Positions 10,159-20,460 of a stretch of 64,000 nt of DNA are shown here, in pieces. Numbering within the stretch: position 1 is the stretch's first letter; each line of letters opens with the position of its first letter. Source of the stretch: an uncultured cyanobacterium (GTDB taxonomy: Bacteria > Cyanobacteriota > Cyanobacteriia > Phormidesmidales > Phormidesmidaceae); assembly GCA_963793265.1 (NCBI GenBank), contig CAWBZI010000004.1:416001-480000 (forward strand), written 5' to 3'. The notes under the pieces are model-generated. The model worked only from the letters and a program-made list of their open reading frames with translations. It did no database searches and was not told the DNA's origin. The position numbers were made by a program, and so were the translations under genes.

Positions 10159-10857
10159 TTAAAAAGCGTCATCGGCTCGCTGTAATCTCAATAGAGAAAT
10201 GACCACTGTGATCCAAAGCAGGCCGATGCAGTAGCCACCCACAATATCGGTTGGCCAGTGTACGCCTAGATACAGCCGACTGAAGCCGATAGCTAGGATT
10301 AACGCGGTAGCGATCGCATAAGAAACCTTTGCATAGCGCGGGTACAGCCGAGCGATGAGATAAGACGAAAAGCCATACATCACAATCGAACCTAAAGCAT
10401 GACCGCTTGGATAGCTATAGGTCACCTCGGTAATCGCAGACTCCCAAAGCTGCGGCCTTTGTTTGCTAAAAGCCAGCTTGAGGCAATAGCTCAAAACCGC
10501 GCCACCAAATGCGTTTAGGGCAAAGAATCTGGCCTCTAAGAAAAGACGTTTCCACAGCAGTAAGCCAAAAATTATTGCCGTTAGCGGCACAACTACATGC
10601 GGATCGCCAGCGCGCGTGATGCCGACCATCACAGCGTCCATCGTAGGACTCGCAAGCTGATGGATGGCCAGTAGAATAGGCTTATCAATGGCAAAAGCTT
10701 CCTGTTCAAGTACCTCGTCGGATAGCTCAGCCAAAACATAGGCCGCTAGAATACAAGCGCCTAGCCAAAATATGCCAAAGAAGGTGATAAACGAGCTGAT
10801 TCTGGGGTTGAGCTTTTTGACCCAAATATCAGCAAGGCGACTGAGAATACTTTGCAT
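10159..10857 (-). CDS. PAP2-family membrane phosphatase
   Basis: KxxxxxxRP, PSGH and SRLYLGVHWPTD motifs. Confidence 0.92.
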   Translation of the reverse strand: MQSILSRLADIWVKKLNPRISSFITFFGIFWLGACILAAYVLAELSDEVLEQEAFAIDKPILLAIHQLASPTMDAVMVGITRAGDPHVVVPLTAIIFGLLLWKRLFLEARFFALNAFGGAVLSYCLKLAFSKQRPQLWESAITEVTYSYPSGHALGSIVMYGFSSYLIARLYPRYAKVSYAIATALILAIGFSRLYLGVHWPTDIVGGYCIGLLWITVVISLLRLQRADDAF

Positions 10858-10963
10858 ACAAACGTGATAGAGACTACATAGTTTTGTTTAGCATCTCATT
10901 TGCATCTCTCAAATAGAACCCTCTATATAAATAGATAGATCACTGAAGCATAACGTCCTTCAT

Positions 10964-11809
10964 ATGGCCTCCTCGCAATCGCCAGATCCCTTCAGCAAGC
11001 TAGAAGTCAGGCTCAATCCTAGCCGCCGATTTGAGACGGTTTCTCAAGATGTGATTGAAAGTGCGATGGATAGCGCCCATCGTGATTCTTTGGGCTCCAG
11101 TGCGCTTTCAATCAAGGTGCTGAGCTGGAATATCGCTAAAAGCACCTACCGGTCAGGGTGGATTAAAGATTTTTCGGCCATTGTTAAGCAGCATCAGCCT
11201 GACAAAATATTTTTGCAAGAGGTACGTCTGTGCGCTCTCTCAGAAGAGATTCCTGAGCTGGCACAGATGGGCTGGAGCTTTGCGCCCAACTTTATTGATA
11301 GATCTGAAAATGCCTACTCCGGCGTATTGATTGCCACGAGGGCCAGCCTTATCGAGAGTAAGGCGCTCATTACGCAGCATACAGAGCCCGTGAGCAACAC
11401 ACCTAAGGTTTCTCTGTTTGCAGAGTATTCTTTTGGTGATGGCGATGAAAGCCTACTGGCTGTAAATACACACCTGATTAATTTCGTTGATTTGGGCAAG
11501 TTTAAAGCGCAGCTAGCTGCCGTTGAGCAATCTATGCGTCAGCACCGGGGCAGGATCATTTTTTCGGGAGACTTTAATACCTGGAACCGCTCTCGCTATA
11601 AGATGCTGCACGAAATGACGGCTCGGCTCGGGCTAAAAGCCGTTACGTTCAGCGCGGCAGATACTAAAAAGATCAAAAGCTTTTTGCTCTCGCCGCCGCT
11701 AGACTACATCTTTTATCGGGGCTTCCATCAAAAACTGCTGAGTGCAAGGGTTTTAGATAACTTCGCTGCCTCAGATCATAATCCTTTGCTAGTGGAGCTT
11801 TGCGTGTAA
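10964..11809 (+). CDS. Endonuclease/exonuclease/phosphatase family protein (YafD/UPF0294-like)
   Basis: 'SWNIAK', 'LQE', 'NTHLINF', 'GDFNTW', 'LDYIFYRG', 'SDHNPL'. Confidence 0.9.
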   Translation: MASSQSPDPFSKLEVRLNPSRRFETVSQDVIESAMDSAHRDSLGSSALSIKVLSWNIAKSTYRSGWIKDFSAIVKQHQPDKIFLQEVRLCALSEEIPELAQMGWSFAPNFIDRSENAYSGVLIATRASLIESKALITQHTEPVSNTPKVSLFAEYSFGDGDESLLAVNTHLINFVDLGKFKAQLAAVEQSMRQHRGRIIFSGDFNTWNRSRYKMLHEMTARLGLKAVTFSAADTKKIKSFLLSPPLDYIFYRGFHQKLLSARVLDNFAASDHNPLLVELCV

Positions 11810-11844
11810 GTGAGTGTCTACTTGTATAGGCATAAAACGCTCGG

Positions 11845-13335
11845 GTGATTCGCATGTGGACAACGATCAACTTACTCTCTATTTACAGCGCAGCGTCGCT
11901 GGTTGTCCATGCTCTAGGGGTGTTGAATGCGGCTCATGCGGTGATGCGGGTGCAGTCTTCTAGGGCTGCGATCGCCTGGAGCATCGCCCTAATTTCCCTC
12001 CCCTGGATCGCAATTCCCTTGTACTGGACGCTGGGTAAAAACAAGTTCCAGGGCTACTCAGAAGCGCTACAGGGTGCGTATGGCGAGCACAGCGAACTTG
12101 TTCATCTGGCCTACAGCGAAATTTTGGACTTCAAGGCGTCTTTGCCCTCGGAGTTTGCTGGCTTAGAAAAACTAGCCGATACGTTTACCTCGCTCCCCTT
12201 TACTCGTAATAACAGCGCTGAGCTGCTGATAGATGGACAGCAAACTTACACGCATATGCTAGGGGCGATCGCACAAGCCAAACACTACATCCTCTTCCAA
12301 ACCTACATCCTCAACAGCGACGACACCGGCAACGCCTTCAAAGCTGCTCTCATCGAAAAAGCTAATCAGGGTGTGAGAGTTTATTTACTCTACGACGGCA
12401 TCGGCTCTCGCCCGTCAAAAGACTATGTTGAATCGCTTACGGCCAACGGCGTCGCAGTCGAAAGCTTTCGCAGCAGCGTAGGGCTGCGCAGCCGCTTTCA
12501 AATTAACTTTCGCAACCACCGCAAAATTCTAATCGTCGATGGCGAAACGGCCTTTGTCGGTGGCCTCAATATCGGAGACGAATACTTAGGCAAAGACCCT
12601 AAGCTTGGCCCCTGGCGCGATACGCACTTAGCCCTACAAGGCACGGCGGTCAAATGCCTGCAAAGGACGTTTTTGGGTGACTGGTACTGGGCTGCAAAAG
12701 AAGTTCCCGATGTTTCCTGGTCAACCCACGCTCTGCCCGCCGACCCACAAAACAATCAAACTGCTTTCGTCTTAGCCACTGGCCCCGCCGATTCTCTTCA
12801 GGCGTGTGCCTTATTTTTCCTGAACCTAATCAACCGCGCCAAAACCCGCCTTTGGATTGCTAGCCCATACTTCGTTCCCAACGCCTCTATCCTCAACGCC
12901 CTCAAGCTCGCCGTACTCAGAGGCGTAGACGTACGCATTATTTTGCCAAACCGCGCCGATCATTGGATCGTGTATATCTGCGCCTTTTCCTACTATGAGG
13001 AGTTGCAAAAAACGGGCATTCAGATTTACCGCTATCAGCCAGGTTTTATGCATCAAAAGGTGATTCTGTGCGATCACGACGTAGCCGGAGTCGGCACTAC
13101 CAACCTCGACAACCGCTCATTCTTTCTCAACTTTGAAGTCATGGCCTTCATCGTCAACGACAGCCTAACTGTCAGCTCAATCGCCACCCAATCCGACTTT
13201 ATTAACAGCGTCGAGCAAATGCTGACCGACGATCTCGCCGCCTCCCGCCTGGTCGATCTCTCAAAATATGAGCAAAAGCCCTTTTGGTTTAAGCTTGCCA
13301 CTCGGATCTCCAGACTATTTGCACCTATTTTGTAA
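11845..13335 (+). CDS. cls: Cardiolipin synthase (ClsA-like phospholipase D)
   Basis: Two N-terminal TMs and two intact HKD motifs (NHRKILIVD...GGLN, MHQKVILCD...GTTNLD), plus 'WRDTH' and 'SPYFVP'. Start may be ATG 11854. Confidence 0.88.
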   Translation: MIRMWTTINLLSIYSAASLVVHALGVLNAAHAVMRVQSSRAAIAWSIALISLPWIAIPLYWTLGKNKFQGYSEALQGAYGEHSELVHLAYSEILDFKASLPSEFAGLEKLADTFTSLPFTRNNSAELLIDGQQTYTHMLGAIAQAKHYILFQTYILNSDDTGNAFKAALIEKANQGVRVYLLYDGIGSRPSKDYVESLTANGVAVESFRSSVGLRSRFQINFRNHRKILIVDGETAFVGGLNIGDEYLGKDPKLGPWRDTHLALQGTAVKCLQRTFLGDWYWAAKEVPDVSWSTHALPADPQNNQTAFVLATGPADSLQACALFFLNLINRAKTRLWIASPYFVPNASILNALKLAVLRGVDVRIILPNRADHWIVYICAFSYYEELQKTGIQIYRYQPGFMHQKVILCDHDVAGVGTTNLDNRSFFLNFEVMAFIVNDSLTVSSIATQSDFINSVEQMLTDDLAASRLVDLSKYEQKPFWFKLATRISRLFAPIL

Positions 13336-13406
13336 CCTTTGCGCCCCAAAAGCGTCCTTTTTATAGAACTGTATCCTCCGCTTTGGCTTGCTCGCGATAG
13401 GCTTAA

Positions 13407-15536
13407 ATGATGCTTATTCTTGTAGACCCTATTGCTGAAACGCTCACGTCACCGGTTGCCACCTTTGGGCTACTGCTGGCGATCGCGCTTGTGGTTCCGC
13501 CCATTTTTGAGCGATTCAGGCTACCAGGTCTAGTCGGACTAATCGCCGCTGGCGTTTTTTTCGGCAGCGGCTTCCTTGGCTGGTTGGATACCAAAGATGA
13601 AACCGTTGTACTGCTCTCAGATATTGGCAAAATTTATCTGATGTTTGTTGCCGGTTTAGAGATCGATCTTGTCCTTTTCAACAGAACTCGAAATCGCTCT
13701 ATCAGCTTTGGCCTTCTAACGTTTGCCATTCCCTTTGCAGGCGGCACTGCTATTGGCCTCTACTTCGGCTTTGGCACCTTAGCAGCCGTACTTATCGGCT
13801 CACTGCTAGCCTCTCATACGCTGCTGGCTTATCCTATCGTGCAGCGTCTGGGTGTTGTTGGTGATGAAGCTGTGACGGTAACGGTAGGAGCCACCATCTT
13901 TACAGATATCGCTGCTTTGGTTGTGCTGGCCGTTTGCTTAGGCGTTAGCAGAGGAGACTTTACCGCAGGCAAGCTAATCTTTTTGCTAGGTTCATTAGGT
14001 CTGTATGCGCTAGCCATTCTGTTCGGGCTAAGATACCTAGCTAGGTTATTCTTTCGCGCTACTGGAAAAGATGAGGGCAACCAGTTCTTATTTATTATGC
14101 TGACGCTGTTCTTAGCGGCTGTCGGCGCTCAGCTCATCGGTTTAGAGGGTATTATCGGTGCTTTTTTGGCAGGACTAGCCGTCAATAGCGTGATTGGCGA
14201 TGGCCCGGTTAAAGAGAAGACGGAATTTTTGGGCAGCGTTCTGTTCATTCCTATGTTTTTCATCTACATGGGATTGCTACTTGATTTGAACGCGCTAGGA
14301 GATATTTTTAGCTTTGTTCAACTACCACTGTCGATTGTTGGCATGTTGCTACTCACTAAGTTCTTAGCGGCGGCTGCCACTCAAAAGCTTTTTGGCTACG
14401 GCAAGTCTCAGCTTGTGATGATGTGGTCGCTCTCGATTCCTCAAGTTGCCGCCACGTTAGCTGCCGCGCTAGTGGGTTACCAGGCTGAGATTATCAACGC
14501 CCAGGTTTTTAACAGCGTGATTTTGCTCATGCTGGTCACCTCAATTTTAGGCCCATTGGTGACCGCGCAATCTGGCCGTCATCTGGCGATGTCGCTAGCC
14601 GTCACAGAGACTTCAGAATCACCCGAGCCCTTGATATGGCTACCTATTCCTAGCGAAGACGATACTTTTACAGTGGTTGTTCCGATATACAATCCTAAAA
14701 CGGAACAACAGCTTATTGAGCTAGCGGCCATTATCGCTCAATACGAAAAGGGGCGTGTGGTGCCTTTGGCAGTCACCATCACGCAGCCGCAGATGGATTC
14801 ACCGAGAATGGCTAGAGCGATCGCCCACGGCCACAGGCGCTTAGAAACGGCTAAAACAATCGGTCATAGCTTTTCAATTCCTGTAGAGCCCACGCTGCGA
14901 ATAGAAAACAATGTCTCTCAGGCAATCTATCACTTTAGCCGAGAGCAAAACGCTAATTTGATTGTGCTGGGCATGAGCCCGCAGCCGCAGATTAGACCCT
15001 ACGCGCTCAGCAGCATTCATAGCGATGTGCTGTGGGCTGCGCACTGTCCGGTTGTGGTTGCCAGGCTGCGAGTGCCACCCGCTCAGCTCAAAAATATTTT
15101 ACTCCCGATTGAAAACCCGTCACCGCTCACGGCTAGGGTGATCAGGTTTGCGCAGGTGATTGCGGCGGCTAATCACGGCAGGGTAAGACTGGTGCATGTG
15201 TGCAGCACTTTCTCGTCTGAGAGCCATCGACTGCGGGTGCAAAAGCGGTTGGAGCAGTTGATTGCTGAGCTGCCGCCTGCCGACTGTACGCTTGAGGTGC
15301 AGGTGTGGGTGCAAGAGAGTGTTGTGGGGGCGATCGCTAAAGCTGCTCAAAACTATGATCTGGTAATTTTGCGATCGCAACGCCGCCGCACAGGCACAGG
15401 GCTAACATTAGGAACGCTTACTCAGCCATTATTAGCCCATATCAATAACTCCGTGATTTTGGTAGGCGAACCTCACGCTCGCCACCAAAACCCTTCACGC
15501 GGCGCTCTTAAGAACCCTAAAGCCATTGACGGATAA
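13407..15536 (+). CDS. Cation:proton antiporter (CPA2) with C-terminal universal-stress-protein-like domains
   Basis: Many TMs with 'LMFVAGLEID', 'SHTLLAYPIV', 'GAFLAGLA', 'FIPMFF'. Cytoplasmic tail with 'AHCPVVVA'. Confidence 0.88.
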   Translation: MMLILVDPIAETLTSPVATFGLLLAIALVVPPIFERFRLPGLVGLIAAGVFFGSGFLGWLDTKDETVVLLSDIGKIYLMFVAGLEIDLVLFNRTRNRSISFGLLTFAIPFAGGTAIGLYFGFGTLAAVLIGSLLASHTLLAYPIVQRLGVVGDEAVTVTVGATIFTDIAALVVLAVCLGVSRGDFTAGKLIFLLGSLGLYALAILFGLRYLARLFFRATGKDEGNQFLFIMLTLFLAAVGAQLIGLEGIIGAFLAGLAVNSVIGDGPVKEKTEFLGSVLFIPMFFIYMGLLLDLNALGDIFSFVQLPLSIVGMLLLTKFLAAAATQKLFGYGKSQLVMMWSLSIPQVAATLAAALVGYQAEIINAQVFNSVILLMLVTSILGPLVTAQSGRHLAMSLAVTETSESPEPLIWLPIPSEDDTFTVVVPIYNPKTEQQLIELAAIIAQYEKGRVVPLAVTITQPQMDSPRMARAIAHGHRRLETAKTIGHSFSIPVEPTLRIENNVSQAIYHFSREQNANLIVLGMSPQPQIRPYALSSIHSDVLWAAHCPVVVARLRVPPAQLKNILLPIENPSPLTARVIRFAQVIAAANHGRVRLVHVCSTFSSESHRLRVQKRLEQLIAELPPADCTLEVQVWVQESVVGAIAKAAQNYDLVILRSQRRRTGTGLTLGTLTQPLLAHINNSVILVGEPHARHQNPSRGALKNPKAIDG

Positions 15537-16119
15537 ATTCGGGCGATCGCAACAGCAAATAGCCAAACGATCCAAACAACGCTGTATTTAAGCCCACCAA
15601 CGCATAGCCAATCAGCATCAGCAGTCCGTCCATCTCAATCGTAGAAATGGCCAGCAGCAAAATCCCTACCGCTGGAATAGGGTTGGTGAGCGGTACCGGC
15701 AGCATTAGCAGAATCGTCAGGTAGGCAATGCAAACGCCGTTCAGTTGCCACACGCCATGATTGCGCACCAGCCGCGACCAGCGCGGTTTTGTAAGCCATT
15801 CAAAAAATCTAGTACCCCGGCTAAGACCTGCCACCAGCTTGCTCACAATCGTTTCAGAAAGTTGGAAATTTCCAATTCGCGGCGGTAGCCAGGGCACCTG
15901 CTTGCCGCTCGCCATTTGCAAAGACAAAAACAAACAGGCTGAACCAAAAACCACCGAGATGCCTGGAATCATCGGCAGTAAAAATGGAAAAATTAGCAGA
16001 ATAATGACCAGTGAAAAGCTGCGTTCAGATGTCTCCGCCAAAATATTCGAGAGCGTCAGCGGGCGATCGCGTTCTTTTTCAAGCAAAAGGATAAGTTCTT
16101 GTGAAAATCGAAGTCGCAT
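15517..16119 (-). CDS. ExoD-family exopolysaccharide synthesis membrane protein
   Basis: 'PMIPGISVVFG', 'PWLP', 'LPVPLTNPIPA', 'DG' motifs. Confidence 0.85.
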   Translation of the reverse strand: MRLRFSQELILLLEKERDRPLTLSNILAETSERSFSLVIILLIFPFLLPMIPGISVVFGSACLFLSLQMASGKQVPWLPPRIGNFQLSETIVSKLVAGLSRGTRFFEWLTKPRWSRLVRNHGVWQLNGVCIAYLTILLMLPVPLTNPIPAVGILLLAISTIEMDGLLMLIGYALVGLNTALFGSFGYLLLRSPEFIRQWL

Positions 16120-16284
16120 AGCGATCGCCTGGAGCCTTTAAAAATATGAAATATATCCTTCTATGACAGCACAGTTTCAGTTAACGAGTCTTTACAATTC
16201 AACCAGTAAATGCACTGTCTCCCATCAAATAAACTGAGCTGAGCTAGAGTAAAGCCAGTCTTTGTAAACCCTCACCAGATACCT

Positions 16285-16758
16285 ATGAGCCGTCTTTTGT
16301 CTTATGTTTGCAGGCTGTTGATTGTTTTGTGTCTGTTTGTGGGCGTATTAACTAACTCGCACGAGGCGATCGCTCTCGATAATTCCTCCGCAGTAACCGT
16401 ATTCCGCAGCCCAACCTGTGGCTGCTGCGAAGACTGGGTAGCTCATATGAAATCAGCCGGTTTTCAAATAAACGACAACATTACCAAAGACATGGACACC
16501 GTAAAGCAAACCTACGGAGTTTCTGAAGCACTCTCCTCGTGCCATACCGCACTTATAGACGGCTACGTCATAGAAGGCCACGTTCCGGCGACAGATGTGC
16601 AGCGCCTATTAGCTGAGAAACCTGATGTTGTCGGTATCACTGCGCCTGGAATGCCCATGGGATCGCCTGGAATGGAAATGGGTGATCGGGTTGATAGCTA
16701 TACGGTGTACGCCTTCAATCGCGAAAACAAAGTACTTCCTTTCGCTGAACACTTCTAA
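16285..16758 (+). CDS. DUF411 (CopG-like) exported metal-binding protein
   Basis: Signal peptide, then 'PTCGCC', 'SCHTA', 'EGHVP', 'PGMPMGSPGMEM'. Confidence 0.9.
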   Translation: MSRLLSYVCRLLIVLCLFVGVLTNSHEAIALDNSSAVTVFRSPTCGCCEDWVAHMKSAGFQINDNITKDMDTVKQTYGVSEALSSCHTALIDGYVIEGHVPATDVQRLLAEKPDVVGITAPGMPMGSPGMEMGDRVDSYTVYAFNRENKVLPFAEHF

Positions 16759-16782
16759 TGCCACCAAAAATTAAACGGCTGA

Positions 16783-19083
16783 TTAGACAGCCACATACGT
16801 AAAGTTTAAAGTAGCCCACTGAGAAACATTCAGCGTATAGGTGTCTACAGAATCGCCTTGGTTAAGATCAGCTAACAGCGCTTCAACCACTGCTAACGGC
16901 TCAGGCAAAGGATTAATCCGCTGACCGCCACTATTTGCCGATGCCGTTAGCAATAGGTTAAATGTGCGAGTCAGCGGTAGAACGCTGCATACTACATACG
17001 TTTCTATTGGCCCCGGTGGAGACTCTACGTCCCAGTCAAGATCGGCGCTTGGAATAGCTACTGAGCTACCAGGGGCGATCGCAGTCATAGCGATATCAGG
17101 TATTTCCTGAGTGCCATCTTTATCTTCTGCCATTCCTGACGCTGAAAGATCTCTGACCGGACAAAATGCCGACAGTCGCTCTCTTGGATCGACGTTAATT
17201 AGCGTGTAATAAAGCGGATAGTCGCCGTCATTAAACAGCCGATAGCGCACCCGGCTACCGATTGGCACTTCGGGCGTAAAGCCTTCTCTACTTTCGAGCG
17301 CCTGATCAGAGGTATCCCCCGGACGGAATGTTTGACGACTGATCAACAGCGTCTCGTCTGGGCTAATCATTTCTAAGTGAGCCCTTACTGGCACCTGCGA
17401 AGACGCCCGATTTTCGCTCAGGCGCAGCATTTTCAGAGCGAGTAGAGACTGTAGCTTTAGCGTAAGGCGGCTGACTGCGGGTTTGATGGCCTCTTCCTGA
17501 AGGGAAAGGGTTCCGGGAATGAGTGATCGCGACAAAGAAAACAGCCCATATCCCGCCCCCTTGTCTTCCTGCGCTTCCTGAGCCGTCTTCCGTAATCTGC
17601 GACTATCCAACTTATTTTGATCTGCTTTCGCAGGATTTAGACCGGCAGTTAACGTCGTAGCACTCTCGGCCAGCGGCTTGGCTAGCAGGCAGTCAGCCGG
17701 TAAATCCGTATCAGAAGTAGAGCTGATAAAGTTTAAAGACGATAGGGCGCTGGTGGCATCTACGCGCTCAATTCGCTCTAACCGGCTGTCGAGCGCAACC
17801 ACTAAGTTGACTTCTTTGGGCAGGGCGCGTACTGACTCTAAAATTGGCTGGCCTATTTGAATCGAAGCTCTGCTATCTACCGATTCGATCAGCCTAGCTT
17901 GAGCAGTTAGGCCCTCGCGCGACTGTATTCGCAGCCGTCTGCCCCCGCAGTTCATAATCGTCGTCGTACCTAAATATTCCAGCGCCCGAGGTGGCAGTCC
18001 TCCCAGCCACAGCGTTGCGCGCTTACCGTCAGCGCTTACACCGGTCACAACGCCTTCTCCACGCGTATTTGCCAATACGGGTGTGCCGTAGATAGGCGGC
18101 GTTTTGGCCGGGTTCCGCAAATCGACCTTACGACGACCGCTCACGGTAGGCTGCTGATTGCTACCGCCCCAGCGTAAAAGCGTTTCTTGCGATCGCCCCA
18201 GCGCACGAGCCACGGTAATCGGTGCAGGAGCCGTCCATAAATACTGCGTGAGCACGTAGGTAAAAGCGCCCGCGTTAAAGCCGTCCCACTGCCGCTCGAT
18301 CACCACATCATCAGTCGCCGCACCGCGCAGTAAAACCCCAGGGAAAGGATCGGATTCTGTCGCAGTGCCCTGATCGGCGATCAGTGGAAAAGCGGCTGGC
18401 GGCTGGCCTGTGGCAATGACTGACCGGGCGCGCGATCGCAACCCACCCGAAAGCGGTACCGATATATCGACAGAGCCCGCATCTAAAATGGTTGTAATGT
18501 TTTTGGTATTCACTGCCTGAAGCAGCGCCTTCAGCTCAGTTTCTAAAATATCATTGAGTACCGGAGAAGATTCGGTTGGCAGCCTGCCATCGTAGGGAAT
18601 GAGCGATCGCTGCACACCGTTGGATGCAGGATTAGACGCAGACTGCGAATCCACTCTCACCTGCGCACCGTTGCCACTAAAGTGAAAAACCACCGTATCG
18701 GCTGGCTGCGCCTGGTTATAAAGGTGGTCAACAACCGCCTGATAAATCCCTTCTCGCGTCGCCTCTTTATCCGTCAGGCTAACAATATCGCCTGGCAAAA
18801 ATCCAAATCGATGAATCAGCAGCTCTCTTTGCAAAGCCACATCGCTCACCGCCCCTGCTAGCCGCCCAGACTGCTCATCTGATACCGTCCCAGGTGGATA
18901 TGCATTGATGCCAATCAGCAGCGCTAGCTTACGGCCACTGGATTGCGCTAGTGCCTGACTATATGCTTTTGCCTGCTCAGAAATTCCTGAGCTAATCGCC
19001 AATTCGGTGAGGCCCAAGGCTGCAACCACTGCGCCCGTCTGCTTAAAAAACGAGCGTCGGCTTAACCGCCGGTTCAAACCCAT
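16783..19083 (-). CDS. Caspase-like (peptidase C14, orthocaspase) protein with Tat-like signal and C-terminal DUF4384-like domain; catalytic dyad substituted
   Basis: 'SRRSFFK' twin-Arg motif; 'KLALLIGINAY', 'ATREGI', 'VFHFSGNG' (usually FSGHG), 'ILDAGS' (usually DxC). Confidence 0.85.
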   Translation of the reverse strand: MGLNRRLSRRSFFKQTGAVVAALGLTELAISSGISEQAKAYSQALAQSSGRKLALLIGINAYPPGTVSDEQSGRLAGAVSDVALQRELLIHRFGFLPGDIVSLTDKEATREGIYQAVVDHLYNQAQPADTVVFHFSGNGAQVRVDSQSASNPASNGVQRSLIPYDGRLPTESSPVLNDILETELKALLQAVNTKNITTILDAGSVDISVPLSGGLRSRARSVIATGQPPAAFPLIADQGTATESDPFPGVLLRGAATDDVVIERQWDGFNAGAFTYVLTQYLWTAPAPITVARALGRSQETLLRWGGSNQQPTVSGRRKVDLRNPAKTPPIYGTPVLANTRGEGVVTGVSADGKRATLWLGGLPPRALEYLGTTTIMNCGGRRLRIQSREGLTAQARLIESVDSRASIQIGQPILESVRALPKEVNLVVALDSRLERIERVDATSALSSLNFISSTSDTDLPADCLLAKPLAESATTLTAGLNPAKADQNKLDSRRLRKTAQEAQEDKGAGYGLFSLSRSLIPGTLSLQEEAIKPAVSRLTLKLQSLLALKMLRLSENRASSQVPVRAHLEMISPDETLLISRQTFRPGDTSDQALESREGFTPEVPIGSRVRYRLFNDGDYPLYYTLINVDPRERLSAFCPVRDLSASGMAEDKDGTQEIPDIAMTAIAPGSSVAIPSADLDWDVESPPGPIETYVVCSVLPLTRTFNLLLTASANSGGQRINPLPEPLAVVEALLADLNQGDSVDTYTLNVSQWATLNFTYVAV

Positions 19084-19189
19084 AGAACCTCACCTCTTAA
19101 CTGGCTGTATCCCTTTACTTTACATAACGTTCGTACCGTTTGCGTCAACTGTTTGCCGCCAGTTTTGGCGTTATGTAAACGAAGCTACC

Positions 19190-20359
19190 TTACGTCGCTT
19201 TCATCGCCTTAATCAGCTCAGCAGCTACTTCAGGGCGAGAGAACTCTGGGGGTGGCTGTTTACCTTCACGCAGCAACGCCCGCACTTTCGTTCCCGACAG
19301 GTGAATGCGCTCTTCTGGCGTCGCTGGGCTAGTTTTCGTAGTCGCCATAGTGCTTGTGCGCGTACAGTAAAAGGCGTGTTCAAACTTCATCGGCGTAATG
19401 CCCAATTCGCCCGGCTCAAACTCATCAAAAATGGCCTGTGCGTCGTACGTACCGTAGTAGTCGCCGACTCCAGCATGATCGCGACCCACAATAAAGTGAG
19501 TGCAGCCGTAGTTTTTACGAATCAGGGCGTGGAAAATTGCTTCCCGAGGCCCGGCATAGCGCATGGCTGAAGGATTAATCGCCAAAATCACTCGGTCTTG
19601 AGGAAAGTAGCGCTCCATCATGATTTCGTAGCAGCGCATCCGCACGTCTGCGGGGATGTCGTCGCTTTTGGTCGCACCCACGAGAGGGTGTAAAAATAGC
19701 CCGTCTACGGTTTCTAGGGCGCACTTTTGAATGTATTCGTGGGCGCGGTGAATAGGGTTGCGGGTTTGGAATCCAACGATTCTTTTCCAGCCGCGATCGC
19801 GAAACTGCTTGCGTGACTCAGCCGGGTCAATCTGATAGTTCGGAAACAGTGGATGCGCGTCGCGCTCTAGCAGCCAAACATCGCCTGCCAGATTGATCGG
19901 CCCCTGCTCATAAACGACCTTCACACCGGGGTGCTTATCTTCGTCAGTGCGATAGACGTTAATCGCCTCTTTTTTCTTGTCGTAAGTATACTTTTCGCTC
20001 AGCTCTAGCACACCAATGAAGCGCCCAGACTCATCATCTAGCCGTACTAGCTCGCCAATTTTTAAAGGCTCAGCGTCCGCTTCGCTCACCGATAGCGTGA
20101 CCGGAATTGACCAGGGCACACCGCTGGCAAGGCGCATATCGGTCACCACAGGCTCATAGTCAGCTTTGCCCATGAAGCCTTTAATCGGGCTAAAGCCACC
20201 GATGGCAATCATCACCAAATCAGAAGCCGCGCGCTTATCTAGCGTCACGCGAGGAAGGCTGTCGGCCTTACTTTCAAATTCCTTTTTTTGCTCAGCACTG
20301 GCCAAACGATTGATCAAAGTACCGCCGTGGGGCGCGATACCATCTTTTATCTCACTCAA
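19190..20359 (-). CDS. sat: Sulfate adenylyltransferase
   Basis: '[13 protein letters not shown]', 'GPREA', 'VGRDHAG', 'SGTKVR'. Confidence 0.97.
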   Translation of the reverse strand: MSEIKDGIAPHGGTLINRLASAEQKKEFESKADSLPRVTLDKRAASDLVMIAIGGFSPIKGFMGKADYEPVVTDMRLASGVPWSIPVTLSVSEADAEPLKIGELVRLDDESGRFIGVLELSEKYTYDKKKEAINVYRTDEDKHPGVKVVYEQGPINLAGDVWLLERDAHPLFPNYQIDPAESRKQFRDRGWKRIVGFQTRNPIHRAHEYIQKCALETVDGLFLHPLVGATKSDDIPADVRMRCYEIMMERYFPQDRVILAINPSAMRYAGPREAIFHALIRKNYGCTHFIVGRDHAGVGDYYGTYDAQAIFDEFEPGELGITPMKFEHAFYCTRTSTMATTKTSPATPEERIHLSGTKVRALLREGKQPPPEFSRPEVAAELIKAMKAT

Positions 20360-20460
20360 GATAGGTTCCTCTTAATTAGTGTCTCTATAACTGCTTTTAC
20401 TTGCTTTTAGGCTTGCTTAGCGATCGCGATGCTACCAATGGGGGCCAACTGACAAAATCT

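Noticed and set aside
19007..19570. 187-aa plus-strand ORF
   Set aside because: Antisense to sat and the caspase start; no recognisable motif.
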